Part shown: positions 13,529 to 30,192 of the stretch, piece by piece
How positions within the stretch are numbered: position 1 is the first letter of the stretch
How the letters are laid out: the number at the start of each line of letters is the position of its first letter
Source of the DNA: Eledone cirrhosa
Lineage: Eukaryota
Length of the DNA stretch: 64,000 bases
Assembly (NCBI GenBank): GCA_964016885.1
Contig: OZ024749.1
Location: 13,020,001 to 13,084,000, forward strand
Direction of reading: 5' to 3'
Notes under the pieces: generated by a model
What the model was told of the DNA's origin: nothing
Databases searched by the model: none
Seen by the model: the letters and a program-made list of their open reading frames with translations, nothing else
Made by a program: the position numbers and the translations under genes

Positions 13529-13592
13529 ATGTCTGATATCAATCAGTGTGTATGAATGTGTAGGTGGAATATATTGAGAAAAGATGTGGAGG

Positions 13593-13792
13593 NNNNNNNN
13601 NNNNNNNNNNNNNNNNNNNNNNNNNNNNNNNNNNNNNNNNNNNNNNNNNNNNNNNNNNNNNNNNNNNNNNNNNNNNNNNNNNNNNNNNNNNNNNNNNNNN
13701 NNNNNNNNNNNNNNNNNNNNNNNNNNNNNNNNNNNNNNNNNNNNNNNNNNNNNNNNNNNNNNNNNNNNNNNNNNNNNNNNNNNNNNNNNNNN
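13593..13792. other. Assembly gap (200 N)
   Basis: Run of N. Confidence 1.
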
Positions 13793-14102
13793 ACCGTGAC
13801 CATCTCCACTGAAAGTTTTCATGAAATAGTCTTTTAAGACTATACAGAGCATTTGATGTTATTCCAAATTGAAGGATAAGTGTTTTAAACTTTATTTTAT
13901 CATGAGTTAAAGGTCTATTGATTTTTCCCTGGATTTCACTAAATTCTGTGGATGAATTTGTATCCTGATTCTCTTTTGAGATGAGTTTGAATTATTTTTC
14001 CAAAATCTTACGTTAACTACTTTTCCCATCTTGACGACATAGTCGCATATATGTTATAGAATACTATTAGCTTCTCGCTAAAACAATCTCCATACTTTCA
14101 TT

Positions 14103-14155
<53 letters not shown>

Positions 14156-14769
14156 TAATATATATATATATAATATATATATGTATAATATATATATAAT
14201 ATATATATGTATAATATATATATAATATATATATATATAATATATATATAATATATATATATATAATATATATATATAATATATATATATATAATATATA
14301 TGTATAATATATATATAATATATATATATAATATATGTATAATATATATAGATAATATATATATATAATATATATATATATATATAATATATATATTATA
14401 TATATATATTATATATATATATATATAATATATATATTATATATATATTATATATATATATATATATAATATATATATTATATATATATATTATATATAT
14501 ATTATATATATATATAATATATATATAATATATATATATATAATATATATATATATACATAATATATATATTATATATATATATTATATATATATATATT
14601 ATATATATATATAATATATATATATAATATATATATAATATATATATCATATATATATATAATATATATATATTATATATATATATATTATATATATATA
14701 TAATATATATATATATATATTATATATATATATATATTATATATATATATATATTATATATATATATAT

Positions 14770-14847
<78 letters not shown>

Positions 14848-14855
14848 TATATATG

Positions 14856-15000
14856 TACTGGTTCAGTCTAGTTCAACTGAATTGGTCTGTCCAGTCATTC
14901 ATTGAGCAACATCGGTGAAGTTGGCACCCTTAACTCACAGTTGGGTGCGGATGCATTCATGTATATATGTGTGTGTCCGCATGTATCTGTGTGTTTCTAA
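14856..15000 (+). mobile_element. Dispersed ~145-bp repeat, unclassified (other copies 18315-18462 +, ~53795-53946 -)
   Basis: TACTGGTTCAGTCTAGTTCAACTGAATTGG..GCACCCTTAACTCACAGTTGGGTGC in three places. Confidence 0.8.
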
Positions 15001-15417
15001 ATATATATTATAATATATATATATATATATTATATATATATATATTATATATATATATTATATATATATATTATATATATATTATATATATATATTATAT
15101 AAATATTATATATATATATTATATATATTATATATATTATATATATATATATTATATATATATTATATATATATATATATATTATATATAATATATATAT
15201 ATATAATATATATATATAATATATATAATATATATATATATATATATTATATATAATATATATATATATAATATATATATATAATATATATAATATATAT
15301 ATATATTATATATATATATTATATATATATATTATATATATATATTATATATATATATATTATATATATATATTATATATATATATTATATATATATATT
15401 ATATATATTATATATAT

Positions 15418-15448
<31 letters not shown>

Positions 15449-15626
15449 ATATATATATATATATATTATATATATATATATATTATATATATTATATATA
15501 TATTATATATATATATATATTATATATATATATATTATATATATTATATATATATTATATATATATATATATTATATATATTATATATATATATATATTA
15601 TATATATTATATATAAATATATATTA

Positions 15627-15809
<183 letters not shown>

Positions 15810-15865
15810 ATTATATATATATATATTATATATATATATATATATTATATATATATATATTATAT

Positions 15866-15920
<55 letters not shown>

Positions 15921-16164
15921 TATAATATAATATATATATAATATAATATATATAATATATATATATATATATTATATATATATATAATTATATATATATA
16001 TATATTATATATATATTATATATATATATATTATATATATATAATTATATATATATATATATTATATATATATATATTATATATATATATATTATATATA
16101 TATATATATTATATATATATATATTATATATATATATATTATATATATATATATAATATATATT

Positions 16165-16206
<42 letters not shown>

Positions 16207-16240
16207 ATTATATATGTATAGTATATATATAGTATATTAT

Positions 16241-16310
<70 letters not shown>

Positions 16311-16311
16311 A

Positions 16312-16404
16312 ATCTTTGCCTTTCATCAGTAGGGGGTCGATGAAATAAAGTACCAGTAATGCACTGGGTTATTGCTGGCCGTGTGCCTAAAGTAGAAACA
16401 ATTA
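16312..16404 (+). mobile_element. 3' half of tRNA-SINE; same breakpoint copies at 17335, 19609, 23063
   Basis: ATCTTTGCCTTTCATC..GGGGTCGATGAAATAAAGTACCAG..AGAAACAATT x4. Confidence 0.9.
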
Positions 16405-16954
16405 TATATATATATAATATATATGTATATAATATATATGTATATAATATATATGTATATATAATATATATGTATATATTATATATATATATGATATATA
16501 TGTATATAATATATATGTATATAATATATATGTATATATTATATATATATATAATATATATGTATATATTATATATATATAATATATATGTATATATTAT
16601 ATATATATATTATATATATATAATATATATATATAATATATATATATAATATATATATATAATATATATATATATATATAATATATATATTATATATATA
16701 TATTATATATATATATATATAATATATATATTATATATATATATTATATATATAAATATAATATATATATTATATATATATATATAATATATATATATAA
16801 TATATATATAATATATATATATAATATATATACATAATATATATATTTCTATATATATATTATATATATATAATATGTATATATAATATATATATAATAT
16901 ATATAAAATATATATATATAATATATATAATATATATATAATATATATAATATA

Positions 16955-17000
<46 letters not shown>

Positions 17001-17260
17001 ATATTATATATATATATATTATATATATATTATATATATATATATATTATATATATATTATATATATATATATATATTATATATATATATATAATATATA
17101 TATATATATTATATATATATATATTATATATTATATATTATATATATATATAATATATATTATATATATATAATATATATATATATATATTATATATATA
17201 TATTATATATGTATAGTATATATATATATGTATATTATATATATATATAATATACATATA

Positions 17261-17333
<73 letters not shown>

Positions 17334-18162
17334 AATCTTTGCCTTTAATCCGTAGGGGGTCGATGAAATAAAGTACCAGTAATGCACTGGGTTATTGCTG
17401 GCCGTGTGCCTGAAGTAGAAACAATTATATATATATATAATATATATGTATATAATATATATGTATATAATATATATGTATATAATATATATGTATATAA
17501 TATATATGTATATATAATATATATGTATATAATATATATGTATATAATATATATGTATATATAATATATATGTATATATTATATATATGATATATATGTA
17601 TATATTATATATATATAATATATATGTATATATTATATATATATAATATATACATATAATATATATATATATAAAATATATATATGATATATATATATAT
17701 AATATATATGTATAATATATATATAATATATATATATAATATATGTATAATATATATATATATAATATATATATATAATATATATATATATATATAATAT
17801 ATATATTATATATATATATTATATATATATATATATAATATATATATTATATATATATTATATATATATATATATATAATATATATATTATATATATATA
17901 TTATAATATATATTATATATATATAATATATATATTATATATATATATTATATATATATATAATATATATATATAATATATATATAATATATATATATAT
18001 ATAATATATATATATACATAATATATATATTATATATATATATTATATATATATATATTATATATATATATAATATATATATATAATATATATATAATAT
18101 ATATATCATATATATATATAATATATATATATTATATATATATATATTATATATATATATAT

Positions 18163-18194
<32 letters not shown>

Positions 18195-18232
18195 ATATAT
18201 TATATATATATATATATTATATATATATATAT

Positions 18233-18267
<35 letters not shown>

Positions 18268-19019
18268 ATATATATATATATATATATAATATATATATAT
18301 ATATATTATATATGTACTGGTTCAGTCTAGTTCAACTGAATTGGTCTGTCCCAGTCATTCATTGAGCAACATCGGTGAAGTTGGCACCCTTAACTCACAG
18401 TTGGGTGCGGATGCATTCATGTATATATGTTGTGTGTCCGCATGTATCTGTGTGGTTCTAAATATATATTATAATATATATATATATATATTATATATAT
18501 ATATATTATATATATATATTATATATATATATTATATATATATTATATATATATATTATATATATATTATATATATATATTATATATATTATATATATTA
18601 TATATATATATATTATATATATATTATATATATATATATATATTATATATAATATATATATATATAATATATATATATAATATATATAATATATATATAT
18701 ATTAATATATATATATTATATATATATTATATATATATATATTATATATATATATTATATATATATATTATATATATATATTATATATATTATATATATA
18801 TTATATATATATATATTATATATATATTATATATATATTATATATATATATATATATTATATATATATATATATTATATATATTATATATATATTATATA
18901 TATATATATATTATATATATATATATTATATATATTATATATATTATATATATATATATATATTATATATATTATATATATATATATATTATATATATTA
19001 TATATATATATATATATTA

Positions 19020-19109
<90 letters not shown>

Positions 19110-19459
19110 ATTATATATATATATTATATATATATATATATATTATATATATATATATTATATATATATATATAATATATATATATAATATATATAATAT
19201 ATATATATATATATAATATATATAATATATATATATAATATATATATATAATATATATATATATATTATATAATATATATATTATATATATATATATATT
19301 ATATATATATTATATATATATATATTATATATATATATATTATATATATATATATATTATATATATATATATTATATATATATATATTATATATATATAT
19401 ATATTATATATATATATATTATATATATATATATTATATATATATATATAATATATATT

Positions 19460-19503
<44 letters not shown>

Positions 19504-19540
19504 ATTATATATGTATAGTATATATATATATGTATATTAT

Positions 19541-19607
<67 letters not shown>

Positions 19608-19965
19608 AATCTTTGCCTTTCATCCGTAGGGGGTCGATGAAATAAAGTACCAGTAATGCACTGGGTTATTGCTGGCCGTGTGCCTAAAGTAGAAACAATT
19701 ATATATATATATAATATATATGTATATAATATATATGTATATAATATATATGTATATAATATACATGTATATAATATATATGTATATATAATATATATGT
19801 ATATATTATATATATATATGATATATATGTATATAATATATATGTATATAATATATATGTATATATTATATATATATATTATATATATGTATATATTATA
19901 TATATATAATATATATGTATATATTATATATATATATTATATATATATAAATATATATATATAAT

Positions 19966-19999
<34 letters not shown>

Positions 20000-20026
20000 A
20001 TGTATATATATAATATATATTATATA

Positions 20027-20058
<32 letters not shown>

Positions 20059-20164
20059 AAGATTTACTTATATATATAAAGATTTATATATATATATAAT
20101 ATATATAATATATATATATAATATATATATAATAATATATAATATATACATATATAATATATAC

Positions 20165-20203
<39 letters not shown>

Positions 20204-21389
20204 TATATAATATATATATATATAATATATACAATATATATATAATATATATATATATATAATATATATATGTATAATATATATATATATAATATATATA
20301 TATATAATATATACAATATATATATAATACATATATATATAATATATATATGTATAATATATATATGTATAATATACATATGTATAATATATAATATATA
20401 ATATATATATATGTATAATATATATATATAATATATATATATAATATATATATGTATAATATATATATATAATATATATATATAATATATATATATATAA
20501 TATATATATGTATAATATAATATATATATGTATAATATATATATGTATAATATACTATATATATGTATAATATATATATGTATAATATATATATATAATA
20601 TATATATATATAATATATATATATAATATATATATATATAATATATATATGCATAATATATATAGGTATAATATATATATATAATATATATATAATATAT
20701 ATATGTATAATATATATATATAATATATATATATATAATATATATGTATAATATATATATATATAATATATATATGTATAATATATATATATAATATAGA
20801 TATATAATATATATATGTATAATATATATATTTAATATATATATATATAATATATATATGTATAATATATATATATAATATATATATGTATAATATATAT
20901 ATATAATATATATATATAATATATATAAAAAATATATATATATAATATATATATATATAATATATATATATAATATATATATATATAATATATATATATA
21001 ATATATATATATATAACATATATATATAATATATATATATTTAATATATATATATAATATATATATATAATATATATATATATTATATATATATAATATA
21101 TATATATATACATAATATATATATTATATATATATATTATATATATATATATATTATATATATATATATTATATATATATAATATATATATATAATATAT
21201 ATATATATACATAATATATATATTATATATATATATTATATATATATATATATTATATATATATAATATATATATATAATATATATATAATATATATATA
21301 ATATATATATATAATATATATAATATATATATAATATATATAATATAATATATATAATATATATATATATATTATATATATATATATAT

Positions 21390-21421
<32 letters not shown>

Positions 21422-21435
21422 ATATATTATATATA

Positions 21436-21481
<46 letters not shown>

Positions 21482-21501
21482 GTATATATATATATATTAT
21501 A

Positions 21502-21549
<48 letters not shown>

Positions 21550-21710
21550 ATATATATATATTATATATATATATATATATTATATCTATATATATATTAT
21601 ATATATATATAATATATATATATATATATTATATATGTATATATATTATATATATATATATTATATATATATATATATTATATATGTATATATATTATAT
21701 ATATATATAT

Positions 21711-21744
<34 letters not shown>

Positions 21745-21825
21745 ATATATTATATATGTATATATATTATATATATATATATTATATATATATTATATAT
21801 ATATAATATATATATATTATATATA

Positions 21826-21868
<43 letters not shown>

Positions 21869-22098
21869 ATATATATATAAATATATAATATATAAATATT
21901 ATATATATATATATATATATAATATATATATATAATATATATAATATATATATATATATATAACATATATAATATATATATATAATATATATATATAAAT
22001 ATATAACATATATAATATAACATATATATATATATATATATAATATATATATATATAATATATAATATCTATAATATATATATATATATAATATATAT

Positions 22099-22129
<31 letters not shown>

Positions 22130-22354
22130 ATATATAATATATATAATATATATATATATATATATAATATATATAATATATATATATAATATATATATAT
22201 AATATATATATATATATATAAATATAATATATATAATATATATATATATATATATAATATATATAATATATATATATATAATATATATATATAATATATA
22301 TTTATATATTATATATATATATATTATATATATATATTATATATATATATTATA

Positions 22355-22444
<90 letters not shown>

Positions 22445-22548
22445 TATATATTATATATATATATATATTATATATATATATATTATATATATCTATATTA
22501 TATATATTATATATATATTATATATATATATTATATATATTATATATA

Positions 22549-22597
<49 letters not shown>

Positions 22598-22600
22598 TAT

Positions 22601-22646
<46 letters not shown>

Positions 22647-22797
22647 ATATTATATATATATATATTATATATATATATATATTATATATAATATATATAT
22701 ATATAATATATATAATATATATATATATATAATATATATATAATATATATATATATACTATATATATATATATTATATATATATATTATATATATAT

Positions 22798-22847
<50 letters not shown>

Positions 22848-22874
22848 TTATATATATTATATATAGATATATAT

Positions 22875-22906
<32 letters not shown>

Positions 22907-23019
22907 ATATAATATATATTATATATATATAATATATATATGTATATATTATATATATATATTATATATGTATAGTATATATATATATGTATATTATATA
23001 TATATATAATATATATATA

Positions 23020-23062
<43 letters not shown>

Positions 23063-23781
23063 AATCTTTGCCTTTCATCCTTAGGGGGTCGATGAAATAA
23101 AGTACCAGTAATGCACTGGGTAATTGCTGGCCGTGTGCCTAAAGTAGAAACAATTATATATATATATATAATATATATGTATATAATATATATGTATATA
23201 ATATATATGTATATAATATATATGTATATAATATATATGTATATATTATATATATATATGATATATATGTTTATAATATATATGTATATAACATATATGT
23301 ATATATAATATATATGTATATATAATATATATATAATATATATGTATATATTATATATATATAATATATATGTATATATTATATATATATAATATAAATG
23401 TATATATTATTTATATATATTATATATATATAATATATATATATAATATATATATATAATATATATATATATATAATATATATATATAATATATATATAT
23501 ATATATTATATATATATATATATATATAATATATATGTATATATTATATACATATAATATAAATGTATATATTATATATATATATTATATATATATAATA
23601 TATATATATAATATATATATATAATATATATATATATATAATATATATACATAATATATATATATATATATATTATATATATAATATATATATATAATAT
23701 ATATATATAATATATATATAATAAATATATATTATATGTATATATATAATATATATATAAAATATATATATATATAATATG

Positions 23782-23829
<48 letters not shown>

Positions 23830-24816
23830 TTTATTAAAATAACAGATTAAAGTTTAAGCAAAGAATCGCTGCTTTCACCCTTAACGGGATCTTCTGAAAC
23901 TAACAAAGTCAATCTGTAAACGCAGAACTGGATATTTCAAAAAACGTTGCAACCGGAGGAAGACAGGAAGACGATACTTTGGTTCGTGGTAACGTTCGCT
24001 GGCAAAGAACGGGAAAAAACGAATAATACGTCATTAATAGGAGCGGTGAAAAACAATTACGCGCAAAGACAAAACCACGTTTATGGTATAAAAGAGGTCG
24101 TAGACTAATGTTCTCTTAGGTGGTGCATAGAGACGTTCTCTGGCAATGAGCGAAAAAACGAAGATAATAAGTCATATGTGGAGCGTGGAGAACAATAGCA
24201 CGCAAAGAAAAAACCACGTAAATGGTATAGCAGAAATCGTAGACTAAAATTCTAACTAGGAGACCAAATGAATCTCCGCTACAGAGTTAAGAACAAAGTA
24301 AATAAATACAATACAGAAGTAATAGAAACATACACGCAAACAGATACGTACATACACAAGCATACGCAAAACCTTACCATGGGTATACAAAACCACGCAC
24401 ATATAAATATCTGTGTGTGTGTATGCTTGTGTACAAATAAATAAATAATTATATAAACGTATATAAGTAAATAAATACGTATATAACAAGCGCACACACA
24501 TACCTACATATAAATACACGAATGTTCGGAGACGTAAGTCAACTAAAACAAGAACACATATACACACACCCACCATACGTACGAACCTGCACACTCACGC
24601 GGACGCAAAACTCCCGTATACACATAGCCAAACCCTAAATACCAGAATATGTAAAAATTATACGCTATAACAGTCAAATATACGTAGGAGAAGGTATACA
24701 TACCTTCACAAAACATACGGGTAATATATACTTACCTATGCAAATAAGTAAAGGAATAAACAAAACATATACTTAGCTCCCACATCAAGACGTAAAATAT
24801 CCACGTATAGATCGTG

Positions 24817-25628
24817 CTATCCGTTAGGGTATAACGTGGGGCTGTAATACAGGAAAGTTTTGTGCAATTTATGTTTACAAGCCGAAACTGCCTCTGATTT
24901 TTTGTTTAAGATGTGGTCTGTAGCGTAGAGTATTTCCAGGGCCTCAGCGGCGCAGAGGTCACATGGTCTTTTATTTCCGTTATACGATCTAGCCCTAGCT
25001 AGGATCTCCCAGTGTAAGTTATATTGGGTGTGGTTGTCTTTTAGACTCCAGATATAAGCTGAAAGTGACGTCATATTCCTTCTTAGAGGGTAACGAAAAG
25101 AATGGGTATGCATGTAAAGACGCTGCTTGAAACTATTGGCGGTTAACCCTATGTAGGCCCTACGGGACGTGGGTGTTACAACCTTACATTTGTAGACAAT
25201 GTTTCTAGAGAGGCATTTCCCGGATAGGGGGCAATCAGCCAGATTCCTACAATTACAGTTAGTACTAACTACAGGGTTGCACGTGTTCCTACGGCTAGGT
25301 AGTTTAGCTAAATTTGAAGCTGTGATGTTATGTGCAAGGTTAGGAGTCGTAGAGTAAGAAATTTTAATAGTATTTCTATTAAAGATATTACTATATTTAT
25401 GTGTAGGGGGAAAATGCTTCGTAATAAGGGAAAGAAAAATCTTAGCTAATGGTGTGGCCACCTCCATATTATATGGTGGGTTAAACCAACAAATGCGACG
25501 GGATCTATTTCTTCTAGGTCTATTTTCGTACTCTGTATATGCTACCTTATCGACAAATCCACTTCGAGCTAGAGCTTCATTGTAATAAGTGGAATGGTCG
25601 TTGAAAATGCGCTCGTTGGTGGAAAGAC
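24817..25628 (-). CDS. Penelope-like polyprotein C-terminal fragment: RT thumb end, CxC..C..C linker, GIY-YIG endonuclease
   Basis: Frame stays open upstream of the listed Met: LSTNERIFNDHSTYYNEALARSGF..RRICWFNPPY; then CNCRNLADCPLSGKC, NIVY..YIGLT..FKQR..H, CDLC..E, CKH. Confidence 0.88.
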
Positions 25629-25805
25629 GTGGTTTTGTCTTTGCGCGTAATTGTTTTTCACCGCTCCTATTAATGACGTATTATTCGTTTTTTCCCGTTC
25701 TTTGCCAGCGAACGTTACCACGAACCAAAGTATCGTCTTCCTGTCTTCCTCCGGTTGCAACGTTTTTTGAAATATCCAGTTCTGCGTTTACAGATTGACT
25801 TTGTT

Positions 25806-25856
25806 AGTTTCAGAAGATCCCGTTAAGGGTGAAAGCAGCGATTCTTTGCTTAAACT
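25806..25856 (+). ncRNA. Type-I hammerhead-like motif with variant core CAGAAGA in the PLE pseudo-LTR (also 23851-23901 -, 26599-26649 -, 27476-27526 +)
   Basis: AGTTT-CAGAAGA-TCCC gttaa GGGT-GAA-AGCA gcgattctt TGCT-T-AAACT. Confidence 0.7.
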
Positions 25857-25983
25857 TTAATCTGTTATTTTAATAAATATTTGCTCTACGGTTCTTATAT
25901 ATTTGATATATATTTTCCTTATCGAGCCCTCTTTGGATTTTAGTCTTCAATTTTATTATTATTACTATATATATAATATATAT

Positions 25984-26034
<51 letters not shown>

Positions 26035-26274
26035 TATATATAATATATATATATATAATATATATAATATATATATATATAATATATATATATATAATAT
26101 ATATATATATAATATATATATATATAATATATATATATATATAATATATATATATATATAATATATATATATATATAATATATATATATATATAATATAT
26201 ATATATATATATAATATATATATATATATATAATATATATATATATATATAATATATATATATATATATAATAT

Positions 26275-26346
<72 letters not shown>

Positions 26347-26436
26347 GGTTCTTGAATGTTTGAATCACTACCTTCGGTGGGCTTATACCATTAAGATCAC
26401 ATGAAGGTATGTCACTATCTTAACACCAAAATATTA

Positions 26437-26497
26437 TATTTTATCTGACGAAGGCTTACTAAAATGTTAGTACCCTTGAAATACGTATAATGAAATA
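26437..26497 (+). ncRNA. Type-I hammerhead ribozyme with palindromic stem III
   Basis: TATTTTAT-CTGACGA-AGG ct TACTAA aatg TTAGTA cc CTT-GAA-ATACGTAT-A-ATGAAATA. Confidence 0.8.
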
Positions 26498-26577
26498 AAT
26501 ATGGTTTTGTAAAGATATTTTCCAGTTATTAATATTGGTAATATTTATATATATTTTAATATTTATATATATATATA

Positions 26578-27632
26578 TTTATTAAAATAACAGATTCAAG
26601 TTTAAGCAAAGAATCGCTGCTTTCACCCTTAACGGGATCTTCTGAAACTAACAAAGTCAATCTGTAAACGCAGAACTGGATATTTGTTATATACGTATTT
26701 ATTTACTTATATACGTTTATATAATTATTTATTCATTTGTACACAAGCATACACACACATATTTATATGTGCGTGGTTTTGTATACCTATGGTAAGGTTT
26801 TGCTTATGCTTGTGTATGTACGTATCTGTTTGCGTGTATGTATTTATTTGTTCCTATTACTTCTGTATTGTATTTATTTACTTTGTTCTTAACTCTGTAG
26901 CGGAGATTCATTTGGTCTCCTAGTTAGAATTTTAGTCTACGATTTCTGCTATACCCTTTACGTGGTTTTGTCTTTGCGTGCTATTGTTCTCCACGCTCCA
27001 CATATGACTTATTATCTTCGTTTTTTCGTTCATTGACATAGAACGTCTCTATGCACCACCTAAGAGAACATTAGTCTACGACCTCTTTTATACCATAAAC
27101 GTGGTTCTGTCTTTGCGCGTAATTGTTTTTCACCGCTCCTATTAATGACGTATTATTCGTTTTTTCCCGGTGGATTGGCAGTATCGGTAGAGGGTCGGAC
27201 GCCATGCTTTCCAGCATAGTTACGTCCCTTTACGATCTGAGTTCAAATCCCGCCGAGGTTGACTTTGCCTTTCATCCTTACGGGGTCGATAAAATAAAGT
27301 ACCAGTAATGCACTGGGTAATTGCTGGCCTTGTGCCTAAAGTAGAAACAATTATTCGTTTTTTCCCGTTCTTTGCCAGCGAATGTTACCACGAACCAAAG
27401 TATCGTCTTCCTGTCTTCCTCCGGTTGCAACGTTTTTTGAAATATCCAGTTCTGCGTTTACAGATTGACTTTGTTAGTTTCAGAAGATCCCGTTAAGGGT
27501 GAAAGCAGCGATTCTTTGCTTAAACTTTAATCTGTTATTTTAATAAATATTTGCTCTACGGTTCTTATATATTTGATATATATTTTCCTTATCGAGCCCT
27601 CTTTGGATTTTAGTCTTCAATTTTATTATTAT

Positions 27633-27637
<5 letters not shown>
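26578..27637 (+). mobile_element. Second, shorter copy of the Penelope-like element (3' UTR only, with 5' inverted pseudo-LTR piece 26578-26684)
   Basis: 26685 onward is the reverse complement of ~24490-23830 plus the same tail as 25878-25965. Confidence 0.88.
27170..27349 (+). mobile_element. Full-length tRNA-SINE nested in the PLE UTR with 18-bp TSD
   Basis: ATTATTCGTTTTTTCCCG at 27152-27169 and 27350-27367; empty site seen at ~25680. Confidence 0.95.
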
Positions 27638-27705
<68 letters not shown>

Positions 27706-29144
27706 GTTCTCCTGTGTTATTTTTCCTTGTTGACTTTTCGCATACAAACATACATATATATACATGATATTTTTTATATAAACATTCACTGCGGGACATT
27801 GACCTCATCAGCTGCCGACTAGAGATCACTTGGATTTTGATACTTTCTACACTTTTACTCTTTCGAGAGATCCAAGCAGGATAAATGCCACCAGAGAATG
27901 ACAGAGCACTTTTGCCCCAAACAGTAGCGCATGTCTCTGTTAACGTTTATCAATGCAGCCAGTGCTGGAATTACATAAAAGCTGTATAAGCGATTGCTTA
28001 GGGCCACATATCATATGTGTATGTATATAACTTATGAAAATCAACAAAGAGAGAACAATACAACGAACGAAATCAAGGCAAAACAAAAAATGATTATTTA
28101 TAGGGGAAATCTTAAAAAAATTATTTTTTGAAAACACAGAATTCCAGGATCATCTGCTTTTGAGATAGACCTTGTCAGTTTCGACCCCCTAACAACGGTA
28201 CTGCTGGTCCACCGGGGCCACAGCGTCTAACACAAATCAAAGCGCTGTTCTATAGAGTAAGAAACGAGACAAACAACAACTTATAGCAATTAAGCTATGA
28301 CAAGTACACATAGAATTTTACGTGACGACAAGGATAAGTATTGTGCCTCTTATAACACGAAACTTTCATGGGTGAAAAGAAGGGAAAAAAGAAAAGGAAG
28401 GGGAAAAAGGCAAGAAGTAAGTCAAGATATCGTATTAAAAAAAAAGTGAGACATTGAAATTAATGGGGGGCGGGGAGAACACGTTCGTCATAGGTTAGTA
28501 ATGATAAACTTGGGAAAATCAACAGAGGTCAAGACAACGAACGAAAACAAGGCAAAACGAAAAACAAGTTTTTTAAGGGGGAAACCTAAAAAAATAATTT
28601 TTTAAAAATAAAAATACAAACAAAAGATACGAAACTCCAGAGTCATCGGCTGCTGAGATCGAATTTTTTATCATTCATATTAATACAAAAATAATTATTT
28701 TGTTACTCTTTTACTCTCTTACCATCCGGCTGAAGCCATGCTGGGGCACCGCCCTTGGTACTACGTAGTTATGAATTAATTATTTTTAGTAAATCCTTTT
28801 CAACTTTTCAGTAATTAATTGAAACTGCTTACTTCATTTGAAATACAATGGCAAATGAATAAAAAATAGGTTGCTCTGAAGTAGCAGAGAAATGCCCATA
28901 TGTGTTAGAAAGACCATATGATCTCTTCCGTCCTTGTCAAGGGGAGTGCTAACTGTCTCTCCTATTTGCAACGCGTGTATAATTATTTTAAGTGTTTTAC
29001 TCGATTTTTTTTAAAAAAGGGCCTGAAATTAGATGTAGCTTGGGGCCTCAGAAGGTGAAAGTCCGACCCATATTCCAGCCACAAAACAGGTGCAGCTATA
29101 TTTACTGTAACTATTCTGTGACTATTTCGTTTTACTACTTACAG

Positions 29145-29260
29145 AGCATCACATACGTCTTTTATGTCTATGATGAGGTCCTCCTTCTTGCCTCCCCGAT
29201 TCGTGAATCAAATCCCTGAAGCCCTTTTTAGGTCCAATGTCAACCAGGCAAGACATGATG
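29145..29260 (-). pseudogene. Possible degenerate RTE ORF remnant
   Basis: GRQEGGPHHRHK / DVC resembles RTE 'GRP.LRYKDVC' with a frameshift. Confidence 0.3.
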
Positions 29261-29308
29261 CAGACCTGCCAACCTCTAAAAACCCAACGATGAGTACCAT
29301 GAAAAAGT

Positions 29309-29428
29309 GCCCCGTAAGGATGAAAGACAAAGTTAACCTCGGCGGGATTTGAACTCAGACTGTAAAGGGACGTAACTATGCTAGAAAGCATGGCCTCCAA
29401 CCCTCTACCGATACTGCCAATTCACCGG
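29309..29428 (-). mobile_element. tRNA-SINE, 5' half
   Basis: Reverse complement of the head of the 27170 SINE. Confidence 0.9.
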
Positions 29429-29829
29429 GGAGATTTTACATAATGAAAGCTAAATCCATTTTGACAAGAGAAGACATCCCTCATCCACCCCAAAGTGGGT
29501 GGGAGATCTCCCCGTCGGGCGGGGAGTGTTGGCAGGTCTGCATGATAGATCTAGCTACAGATCTATGACATACAAATTATACCGGAAGCTCCATATGCTT
29601 TCATCCCTACTATTCCTTAAGTTCTTCTTCGCAACTGACCATTCTCTATTGCCTTTCCCAACCATCGACAACCAGGATTGTATGTGAGTTTAAACCATAA
29701 TTCCAGAACGTTACATTGTTTTGGTAGCATTGTTTGAGAATACGAGGTCTACTTTCAAATTCTCGTGCTGCACGTTCCAATATAATCTATTCCGAGGTCT
29801 GAGTGTCGGCTTTCATTTGTTTAAGTTCT

Positions 29830-30040
29830 TCCGTTAGAGCGTCGGACAGGGTGCTTTATAGCATGTAGTTTCGGCTCTTTACGTTCTGAGTTCAAATCCA
29901 ACCGAGGTTAGATTTGCTTTTAATTCTGATGGGGGTCAATGAAATAAAGTACCAGTAATGAACTTAGGTTGATTTTATCGACTTTCCCTTCCCCAAAAAT
30001 TTGTTGATCTTCTGCTTAAATCAGAAATTTTTATTACTAT
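29830..30040 (+). mobile_element. tRNA-SINE
   Basis: GAGTTCAAATCC, GGGGTCAATGAAATAAAGTACCAG. Confidence 0.85.
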
Positions 30041-30117
30041 TATTTGGTCGGTTAGAGTGCTGACCTCTAGGTAAGGATACGTGTCATAAAGCTAGATATT
30101 TGTTTGTTTCTCAGGGG

Positions 30118-30192
<75 letters not shown>

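Larger units (their letters stand above)
23830..25965 (-). mobile_element. 5'-truncated Penelope-like retroelement (probable Naiad clade) with inverted pseudo-LTR
   Basis: GIY-YIG ORF plus ~1-kb 3' UTR on -; 23830-24080 is the reverse complement of 25627-25877; flanked by (TA)n. Confidence 0.9.

Noticed and set aside
23830-24816. SECIS element in the Naiad-like 3' UTR
   Set aside because: No convincing AUGA/GA quartet with correctly spaced AA seen by eye, and no in-frame TGA in the retained ORF
27170-27260. tRNA gene
   Set aside because: A/B boxes belong to a SINE head; no cloverleaf; followed by SINE core and TSD
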